A stretch of 64,000 nucleotides of DNA from an uncultured SAR86 cluster bacterium (GTDB lineage Bacteria > Pseudomonadota > Gammaproteobacteria > Magnimaribacterales > D2472), in assembly GCA_902635645.1 (NCBI GenBank), contig CACPON010000002.1, positions 32,626-96,625 on the forward strand, read 5' to 3'. The notes beneath the pieces were generated by a model, which was given only the letters and a program-made list of their open reading frames with translations, was not told the DNA's origin and did no database searches. How positions within the stretch are numbered: the first letter of the stretch is position 1; each line of letters opens with the position of its first letter. A program made the translations under genes and the position numbers. Positions 57,122 through 64,000 of the stretch are shown one piece after another.

Positions 57122-57608
57122 CTTGTTAAAAATAATAAATAACATCATAAATGACATTGAAAACGCCTCTCCAGTTGCTCGAGATAAGCTGATAGAAATT
57201 TATCCAATAAGCTTCCTTTTATCCTTGAAAGGTCACAAAAATATTTACTTTAGCCTAGACAAAAACAGTAAGAATATTTCTTTTGAAAAAACTTCGCATA
57301 TAGATTTTGAAATACGATCTTCAATCAAAGAAGTGCTTGATTTAATTCTTTGCAAAAAAATTAAAAAAGAAATTATCTACGGTGATAATGAAAAAGCAAT
57401 TTTAATGATTAATGCAATCTTTAAATCTGATATTGATATTGTATTTTTAATAGATAAATATTTTGGAAATGTGCCTGCTGTTTTAGCCTATCTTGCAAAA
57501 GAAAAATTATTTACGACAAACCAGTATAATAAAAAAAATGAGCTTCAGTCTAAATTGAGAGATCTGTCTATAAGACTTGATAGACTTGAGGCTATTAATA
57601 ATTTATGA
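57111..57608 (+). CDS. ubiJ: Ubiquinone biosynthesis accessory factor UbiJ (SCP2-like)
   Basis: About 165 aa, between ubiE and ubiB in the conserved ubiE-ubiJ-ubiB order. C-terminal coiled region. Called mainly on synteny. Confidence 0.6.
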   Translation: MTNNLLKIINNIINDIENASPVARDKLIEIYPISFLLSLKGHKNIYFSLDKNSKNISFEKTSHIDFEIRSSIKEVLDLILCKKIKKEIIYGDNEKAILMINAIFKSDIDIVFLIDKYFGNVPAVLAYLAKEKLFTTNQYNKKNELQSKLRDLSIRLDRLEAINNL

Positions 57609-59086
57609 ATTTCTTAATAATAATTTTTCAAGGCTTAAAGATGTTAACTTTAGGCATTAGGTTCAAAATCTTTATGAATCCTAATGGTGAAAAAGCTGCA
57701 AAATACCTTGAGTCGCTAGGGCCAATTTTTATTAAATTTGGTCAATTGCTCTCTACCAGAACAGATATTCTAGATATAGACACTGCAAAAGAACTTCAAA
57801 GCCTGACTGATAGCTGCAAACCTTTTTCAGTTAAAGAGCTTAAAAAAATTGTAGAAAAAGAACTAGGTAATTCAATTAATAATCTGTTTGATGATTTCAA
57901 CGAAGTGCCAATCGCTGCTGCATCATTAGCGCAAGTTCATTCTGCAAAACTTAAAGATGGTAAAAAAATTGTCGTAAAAGTTTTAAGGCCAAATATTGAA
58001 AAAGAAGTTAAGAAAAATCTCAGGCTTTTAAAATCTGCTGCAAAAGTTTGTACATATCTATATTCTGAGAGCGATAGAATAAGACCAATTGAGGTAGTAA
58101 AAGATTATGAAAATACGATTTTACGTGAATTAGATCTAAGGCTAGAAGCTGCTAATACAAACCTTACTAGAAAAAACTTTGCAGGCTCTGAAGAATTATA
58201 TATTCCTGAAGTATGTTGGGACTTAACTACTTCAAAGGTAATGGTATTAGAAGAGATCGACGGAATACCTTGTACGGACATTGAGACCATTGAGAAATTT
58301 AATATAGATAAAAAAAGATTGGCAGAAAACGGTGTCATGATTTTTCTTAATCAAGTATTTCGCGATAATTTTTTTCATGCGGATATGCATCCAGGAAACA
58401 TATTTGTCTCAAAAGAAAATCCTGAAAAGCCAGGATATATAGCAATCGACTGTGCGATAAGCGGTTCTCTTTCTAATGATGAAAGATATATTCTTGCAAG
58501 AATGCTTCAAGCTGTAATCAAACAAAATTATAAATCTCTGGCTCAGTTATTTATAAGCTCAGAATGGGTTAACCCCAATTCAAACCAAATAGAACTTGAA
58601 AATACTCTCAGAGCTTGTTGTGAACCAATATTTGAAAAACCTTTATCAGAAATTGAATTTGGTAAACTGCTCTTATATCTTTTCCAAAGCACTAGGCCTT
58701 TTGGATTATCGCTTCAGCCATCATTAGTTTTACTTCAAAAAACTCTTATACATATTGAAGGAATGGGTCGCCAAATATACCCTCAACTAGATTTTTGGGG
58801 AATAGCTGAGCCATACCTTGATAATTGGCTTAAAGAGCAATTTAATCCGTTAAAAATAAAAGATTATATTTTAGAGAATAAAGACGAATTAATAATGAAG
58901 GCTTCTGAAATGCCTAGCTTTATATATGAAACCATGGACGAAATTAGAGGTTATTCTAAAAATAGAAGATCGTATGAAGAAAAAATCCATAAGATGGAGA
59001 TGGATCTGCAAAAACAAAAATACATCATAAGTTTCTTCCTAATAGGTATAATATTAGGGTGTGGTGCTTTTTTATTGCTCACATAG
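57605..59086 (+). CDS. ubiB: Ubiquinone biosynthesis protein kinase-like UbiB
   Basis: 493 aa. ABC1/ADCK motifs (AAASLAQVH, FHADMHPGNIF), C-terminal TM. Confidence 0.9.
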   Translation: MNFLIIIFQGLKMLTLGIRFKIFMNPNGEKAAKYLESLGPIFIKFGQLLSTRTDILDIDTAKELQSLTDSCKPFSVKELKKIVEKELGNSINNLFDDFNEVPIAAASLAQVHSAKLKDGKKIVVKVLRPNIEKEVKKNLRLLKSAAKVCTYLYSESDRIRPIEVVKDYENTILRELDLRLEAANTNLTRKNFAGSEELYIPEVCWDLTTSKVMVLEEIDGIPCTDIETIEKFNIDKKRLAENGVMIFLNQVFRDNFFHADMHPGNIFVSKENPEKPGYIAIDCAISGSLSNDERYILARMLQAVIKQNYKSLAQLFISSEWVNPNSNQIELENTLRACCEPIFEKPLSEIEFGKLLLYLFQSTRPFGLSLQPSLVLLQKTLIHIEGMGRQIYPQLDFWGIAEPYLDNWLKEQFNPLKIKDYILENKDELIMKASEMPSFIYETMDEIRGYSKNRRSYEEKIHKMEMDLQKQKYIISFFLIGIILGCGAFLLLT

Positions 59087-59095
59087 GAGAATTAT

Positions 59096-59266
59096 ATGGG
59101 CTTAGGTGGAATAAGTATTTGGCAACTTCTAATCATTTTAGTTGTGGTGCTTTTGATTTTTGGTAGTGGCAAATTAAAGACTTTGGGATCTGATCTTGGC
59201 TCGGGCCTAAAAAGCTTTAAAAAGGCTGTAAAAGAAGAAGAGAAAGAAGACAACAAACAAGATTAA
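59096..59266 (+). CDS. tatA: Twin-arginine translocase subunit TatA
   Basis: Not in the ORF track (56 aa). My translation is [56 protein letters not shown], with GGAG 8 nt upstream. Confidence 0.85.
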   Translation: MGLGGISIWQLLIILVVVLLIFGSGKLKTLGSDLGSGLKSFKKAVKEEEKEDNKQD

Positions 59267-59269
59267 CAA

Positions 59270-59518
59270 TTGCTTCAGATTGGTTTTTTAGAAATTGCTA
59301 TTATCCTAATTATAGGATTGTTAGTTATTGGTCCCGAGAGGCTGCCTGAGCTTGTTAAGAATCTCTTAAAATTTTATAAAAAAATTCAAAATCAGTTTTC
59401 TGAATTTAAAAATAACTTCGAAGAAGATATTGGTGCTGACGATATTAAAAAAGATGTTTTTAATGAAATGCGGATGGAAGAATTAGAAGGCTTTGAGCAA
59501 CAAAAGAAAGATGAATAG
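59270..59518 (+). CDS. tatB: Twin-arginine translocase subunit TatB
   Basis: 82 aa. FLEIAIILIIGLLVIGPERLPELV motif. TTG start. Confidence 0.8.
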   Translation: MLQIGFLEIAIILIIGLLVIGPERLPELVKNLLKFYKKIQNQFSEFKNNFEEDIGADDIKKDVFNEMRMEELEGFEQQKKDE

Positions 59519-60215
59519 TAGCTCAGTATCATCTCATCTGATAGAACTTAGGTCTAGATTGATTAAAACATTAATTTGTATGGGGGTTCTTACCATTATC
59601 GGATTGCCCTTTGCTTCAGAAATATATTCTTTTGTGGCATCACCACTGATGTCTGTTTTGCCTAGTGGCAGCTCAATGATTGCTACTGGAGTAAGCTCGC
59701 CATTTATGGCGCCTATAAAATTAACTCTATTTGTGGCGCTATTACTGAGCATGCCTTATTTCTTCTATCAGATGTGGCTCTTTATGTCTCCGGGCCTTTA
59801 TAAAAATGAAAAAAGCTTAGTTTTGCCCTTAATGACATCAACAATTTTTTTATTTATAACAGGTGTAGCTTTTGCATATTACGTTGTATGTCCAATTATC
59901 TTTAGTTTTTTCATTAACTCTGCTCCTGATTCAATTGTTGTCATGACTGATATAAGTCAATATTTAAATTTTGTTCTTAAAGTTACTTTTGCTTTTGGAG
60001 TTGCTTTTGAGATGCCAGTAGCAACATACCTAATAATAAGATCTGGTATTGCAAAGAAAGAGAAATTAAAGAAGGCGAGACCATACTTAATTGTGTTATT
60101 TTTTATTTTAGGAATGCTTCTAACACCGCCAGATGTTTTTTCTCAATTATTTTTAGCTATCCCAATGTGGCTTCTTTTTGAACTAGGATTGCTAATTTCA
60201 AAGGATAAAATTTAA
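59511..60215 (+). CDS. tatC: Twin-arginine translocase subunit TatC
   Basis: HLIELRSRLIK N-terminal motif, six TM segments. ATG at 59511 (ATGAATAG overlap with the tatB stop) preferred over the TTG at 59493. Confidence 0.9.
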   Translation: MNSSSVSSHLIELRSRLIKTLICMGVLTIIGLPFASEIYSFVASPLMSVLPSGSSMIATGVSSPFMAPIKLTLFVALLLSMPYFFYQMWLFMSPGLYKNEKSLVLPLMTSTIFLFITGVAFAYYVVCPIIFSFFINSAPDSIVVMTDISQYLNFVLKVTFAFGVAFEMPVATYLIIRSGIAKKEKLKKARPYLIVLFFILGMLLTPPDVFSQLFLAIPMWLLFELGLLISKDKI

Positions 60216-60919
60216 TGGATATTGAGAATCTTTCAAAAAGATTTAAGGAAGATGGCTACATTTACATTGAAGATTTTTTTGATGGGAATTTGATGGATAG
60301 TTATCACCGGAAAATTCTTAGTCATTTTAAAAAAGATACTGAATACAAGCATGATATGAATTTCATAGAAAAATCAGACACAGATGTTATTCCATGGTTT
60401 CCTCAGCTTGAGGGTGAAACAATCTTTAATATCGTTGAAGATGACCAAAGATTGCAAAAAATTACAGAAAAAATACTTGGAAGCGGATGGAAGTCTTTGT
60501 ACAGCATGGTAATGTTTAGCAATAAATCATCAAATGGACAAGCATGGCATCAAGACTGTAATCCTGAAAATAAAGAAATCTATAACCTCAACAGACTTGT
60601 ATATACAATGGATATTAATAAATCAACGGGTGGCGAGCTAGTCTTAATTCCAGGCTCACACAAGAAAGGAATAATACCCTCAGATTCTTTTGGTAATGAG
60701 ATAGGGCATGAGTTAGTTATTGAACCAAGCAAGGGGTCTATTGCCATATTACATGGGCATCTATGGCACAAGGTTCTACCAATACATGAAAACATAAGAG
60801 TCTCTACAAATTATCGCTGCATACCAAGTGGAACTCCGGATAATATTACTGATATATGCGTGTATAGAAATATGATGTATCGCTTCTCGGATGAGAAAAT
60901 CTTAACAACTAGAGATTAA
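60215..60919 (+). CDS. Phytanoyl-CoA dioxygenase (PhyH) family Fe(II)/2-oxoglutarate oxygenase
   Basis: 234 aa. WHQD (HxD) and distal HGHLWH histidine. PhyH-like N-terminus (GYIYIEDFF). Confidence 0.7.
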   Translation: MDIENLSKRFKEDGYIYIEDFFDGNLMDSYHRKILSHFKKDTEYKHDMNFIEKSDTDVIPWFPQLEGETIFNIVEDDQRLQKITEKILGSGWKSLYSMVMFSNKSSNGQAWHQDCNPENKEIYNLNRLVYTMDINKSTGGELVLIPGSHKKGIIPSDSFGNEIGHELVIEPSKGSIAILHGHLWHKVLPIHENIRVSTNYRCIPSGTPDNITDICVYRNMMYRFSDEKILTTRD

Positions 60920-61497
60920 AGACCCAATCTTTTCGTCCAATCATCATTGTCAGGTCTCTGGTTTTCAATAATAAGATTTACTAAATCTTCACACGAAGAG
61001 GAGACTATTAAATCATTAAAATTTGCTTCTGTTATAAAATCTTCTTCAACTGCCTTTTTCATCCATGCTAGCAAATGATCATAATATCCCTCGGTATTAA
61101 GAAGTCCCACCGGCTTGTTGATAAGTCCAAGCTGGTTGTTAGCCATTATCTCAGCTAACTCATCCAAAGATCCCACGCCACCAGGAAGCACAATGAATGC
61201 ATCTGATCTTTTCATAAACTCATCTTTTCGATCTAATAAGGTTTTTGTAATTATTTGATTTTTTAACCTTGGATTCACTAACTCAAGATTATGTAAAGAT
61301 TCTAAGCCAATTCCTATAGCATCTACTCCATTATCAAGAGCTGCGTCTGATACTATCTTCATAAGACCTACATTTCCACCACCAAAAACAACATTGATGC
61401 CTTTTGCTGCAAGAATTTCTCCAATCTTTTTTGCATCTTCAGCATATCTAGGATTATTACCCTCATGAGCTCCACAAAAAACTGATATATTTTTCAT
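60916..61497 (-). CDS. LOG family (TIGR00730) nucleotide phosphoribohydrolase
   Basis: 193 aa. GGGNVGLMK and PGGVGSLDE motifs. Confidence 0.8.
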   Translation of the reverse strand: MKNISVFCGAHEGNNPRYAEDAKKIGEILAAKGINVVFGGGNVGLMKIVSDAALDNGVDAIGIGLESLHNLELVNPRLKNQIITKTLLDRKDEFMKRSDAFIVLPGGVGSLDELAEIMANNQLGLINKPVGLLNTEGYYDHLLAWMKKAVEEDFITEANFNDLIVSSSCEDLVNLIIENQRPDNDDWTKRLGL

Positions 61498-61504
61498 AAT
61501 TAAA

Positions 61505-61942
61505 TTAAGTTTTAAAATTAAATGTTACTGGTCCCTTATTTATCGATGATATATTCATTGATGCGCCAAACTTCCCCTCTTTTACGAACTGATGTTCTTT
61601 TTTAAAAAGATCTACAAATTTATCATACATTAATTTTGCTTTATCCGGCTTGGCGGCTTTATGAAATGTTGGTTTGTTTCCTTTATTAGTTATTGCTGAA
61701 AGAGTAAATTGGCTTACTATCAAAACTTCTTCTTTTGAATCTTTTAACGAGCGAGAAGTTATGCCTTTTGAACCATCTATCATTTTAAAGTTGAGAAGCT
61801 TGTCTGACATCTTGGCTATAGATTCATTTGTATCAGAATCTTCGATGCAAATTAAAACTAATAGGCCGCTTCCAATTGAAGAAAATTCTTTATTATCAAT
61901 ATGTACTTTGGCCTCTAGGACTCTTTGAGCTAAAGAAATCAA
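61505..61942 (-). CDS. dtd: D-aminoacyl-tRNA deacylase
   Basis: 145 aa. SQFTL motif and C-terminal NKGPVTF. Confidence 0.9.
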   Translation of the reverse strand: MISLAQRVLEAKVHIDNKEFSSIGSGLLVLICIEDSDTNESIAKMSDKLLNFKMIDGSKGITSRSLKDSKEEVLIVSQFTLSAITNKGNKPTFHKAAKPDKAKLMYDKFVDLFKKEHQFVKEGKFGASMNISSINKGPVTFNFKT

Positions 61943-61945
61943 TCT

Positions 61946-62959
61946 TTATTCGTCTTCTAGGCCTTGATCCCATTCTCCGAGAGAAGCAAGTTTATTCATT
62001 TTAGCTCTATGAGATAAAGCATCTTGAGAAATGAACATATTCTCTGGCTTTCCACCCCATGCTTTAAGTGCAGCAGCTTGAAGAGCTCTCCCATATGAAA
62101 AACTTAACTTCCATTCAAACCCACCTATTTTATTCATGGCGTCTAAATGCGCAGTTGCCAAAATATCAGATTGACCTCCTGATAAAAAAGTAATTCCAGG
62201 AAGCTCTGAAGGAACGTTGGCAATTAAACAATCTAATGTTTTTCTTGCAACCTCATCAATATCAGCTTGCTGATTACAGTTTGAACCTGATGTAACCATG
62301 TTTGGTTTTAATATTGTTCCTCTAATATTTACTTCATTATCGGCAAGATGCTTAAAGAGTGACTTCAAGGATCTATCTGATGCATCATAACAATCTTCAA
62401 TTGAGTGAGATCCGTCCATCAACACTTCTGGCTCAACCATAGGAACCATTCCATTATCTTGGACAATTTTTGCATAATCAGCCAATGCTTTCATGTTTGC
62501 GTCAATGCATTCTTGGGTTGGCATACCATCACCAATTTTTATAACAGCTCTCCACTTAGTGAATTTTGCTCCCATAGAAACATATTCTTTTAATCTTTCA
62601 TCTAAGCCATCTAAGCCAACAGTTACTGTCTCATCTAAATCACCAAAAGGCTGAAGCCCTTTATCAACTTTAATTCCAGGAAGGGCGCCTTGATTAGAAA
62701 TAATATCAACGAGAGAAGTTCCATCCTTAGCATTCTGTCTAATAGTCTCATCAAAAAGAATTACGCCACCGATATTATCTTTCATGCCTGAAGATCTAAA
62801 TAACATTTCTCTATAATCTCTTCTATTATCCTCATTAGACTCAACTCCAATGCTGTCGAATCTTTTACCGCATGTTGGGTTGCTCTCATCAGCAGCAAGG
62901 ATACCCTTGCCGTCTGAGACAATATAAGACGCTATTTCTTCTAAAGTATTTAATGACAT
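61946..62959 (-). CDS. Fructose-bisphosphate aldolase, class I
   Basis: 337 aa. GILAADES, Schiff-base region ILKPNMV, LSGGQS motifs typical of class I (Schiff-base) aldolases. Confidence 0.9.
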   Translation of the reverse strand: MSLNTLEEIASYIVSDGKGILAADESNPTCGKRFDSIGVESNEDNRRDYREMLFRSSGMKDNIGGVILFDETIRQNAKDGTSLVDIISNQGALPGIKVDKGLQPFGDLDETVTVGLDGLDERLKEYVSMGAKFTKWRAVIKIGDGMPTQECIDANMKALADYAKIVQDNGMVPMVEPEVLMDGSHSIEDCYDASDRSLKSLFKHLADNEVNIRGTILKPNMVTSGSNCNQQADIDEVARKTLDCLIANVPSELPGITFLSGGQSDILATAHLDAMNKIGGFEWKLSFSYGRALQAAALKAWGGKPENMFISQDALSHRAKMNKLASLGEWDQGLEDE

Positions 62960-62975
62960 TACTATCTCCCTATCT

Positions 62976-64000
62976 TCATATTTTAGCTTTTAAAGCCTGT
63001 ATAGATGGTAAATCTTTTCCTTCCATAAATTCAAGAAAAGCTCCTCCACCTGTTGAACAATATGATACATCATCTTTGTTAATAAATTTGTTGATAGCAG
63101 ATAAAGTCTCTCCGCCCCCTGCTATTGAAAAACCATCTGATTTTGCAATTTCTTTAGATAGATCTTCTGTTCCCTTTGAAAAATAATCATTTTCAAAAAC
63201 TCCTAATGGTCCATTCCATAAAATAGTTTTTGAACTTAAAACTATATCTTGAATTTTTTGACTAACAAGTTGATCCAGAATCATTTCATTGATGCCAACA
63301 TCAGAAATATTTTTTTCACTGATATTTTTACCTTCAAAAGTCTCTGAGGTGATAACTTTTTCTGGAAGAATTACTTTGCCCTTATCTAAAAGCTCCTTTG
63401 CAATAGCAACCATAGACTCCTCTATAAGAGATTGACCTACCTCATATCCTGCAGCTTTAATAAAAGTATTGGCTATCCCTCCGCCAACAATAACGTGATC
63501 AGCCTTAGAGTTAATATTCTTAATAAGTTCTAATTTTGTTGAAACTTTTGCACCGCCAATGATAGCGGTATAAGGCTTTTGAGTATTATTTAATGCTTTA
63601 GTAAGTGCATCGATTTCTTGTTCTAACAAGATTCCTGAGCAAGCTGCATTTGCTTGAATAATCGATGAATGAGTAGATGCCTGCTCCCTGTGAGAGGTTC
63701 CAAATGCATCAAAGACATAGAGATCTCCAAGATTTCCTAGTTTATCTCCTAACTCTTCATTATTTGCCTTTTCTCCATCAAAAAACCTTATATTTTCAAG
63801 TAATTGGATACAAGAATTTCCTTGAAAAATTGCAGGGTCTTCAATAGATTTAATTATTTCTACCTCCTGGCCAAAAACCTCAGATGCCGCTTTGGCAACC
63901 GGTTTTAGGGAAAAGATTTCTTCGTACAGCCCTTCTGTAGGTCTTCCAAGATGACTTACTAATAAAATTTTTGCGCCCTGGTCTAAAGCATATCTTATAG
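62976..64000 (-). CDS. pgk: Phosphoglycerate kinase (5' end beyond the window)
   Basis: The frame stays open upstream of the track's Met. I read DAFGTSHREQASTH, AIIGGAKVSTKL, STGGGAFLEF. The N-terminal ~50 codons lie past 64000. Confidence 0.92.
   Translation of the reverse strand, partial: IRYALDQGAKILLVSHLGRPTEGLYEEIFSLKPVAKAASEVFGQEVEIIKSIEDPAIFQGNSCIQLLENIRFFDGEKANNEELGDKLGNLGDLYVFDAFGTSHREQASTHSSIIQANAACSGILLEQEIDALTKALNNTQKPYTAIIGGAKVSTKLELIKNINSKADHVIVGGGIANTFIKAAGYEVGQSLIEESMVAIAKELLDKGKVILPEKVITSETFEGKNISEKNISDVGINEMILDQLVSQKIQDIVLSSKTILWNGPLGVFENDYFSKGTEDLSKEIAKSDGFSIAGGGETLSAINKFINKDDVSYCSTGGGAFLEFMEGKDLPSIQALKAKI

Overview
AT-rich, very gene-dense bacterial chromosome segment: about 75 genes in 64 kb, with many start/stop overlaps and 0-6 bp spacers. 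All family calls come from motif recognition and gene order only; no BLAST, HMM, folding or composition computation was run.

Gene order is typical of a gammaproteobacterium: miaB-ybeZ-ybeY-corC-lnt; ubiE-ubiJ-ubiB-tatABC; ubiH-pepP divergent from zapA-6S RNA-ygfA; orn/rsgA; nnr-tsaE-amidase; priA/rpmE; dksA-pcnB; tyrS...M23 peptidase-anmK-erpA. Composition and compaction suggest a streamlined, probably marine, lineage (inference only). More than 90% of the window is ordinary housekeeping: translation, cofactor, envelope and central metabolism.

The accessory or unusual content is concentrated in the first 9.7 kb:
- A TPP riboswitch (3541-3625, minus strand) drives a TonB-dependent receptor, a PnuC/PnuT-like channel and a ThiK-like kinase. 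This looks like a complete thiamine scavenging module.
- An intact tRNA-Ile(GAU) at 8833-8910 has its 3' 45 nt duplicated perfectly at 6798-6842. The two copies bracket a ~2-kb islet with no integrase.
- The islet's only gene encodes a mosaic surface lipoprotein: lipobox, Gly10 tether, Ig-like module, a TbpB-like C-terminal barrel signature and an embedded blue-copper (cupredoxin) ligand set. Short AACTTCCCA repeats sit near both junctions.

Elsewhere I see a 6S RNA in its conserved position and a candidate ~80-nt sRNA or attenuator plus a micro-ORF upstream of gpx. DksA carries a lysine-rich repeat tail, and L31 is the Cys-less type.

I found no CRISPR array, integrase, transposase, phage module, secretion system, or recognisable toxin-antitoxin or defence system. 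My best candidate for something genuinely undescribed is the tRNA-Ile islet and its copper-site lipoprotein, but that remains a hypothesis.
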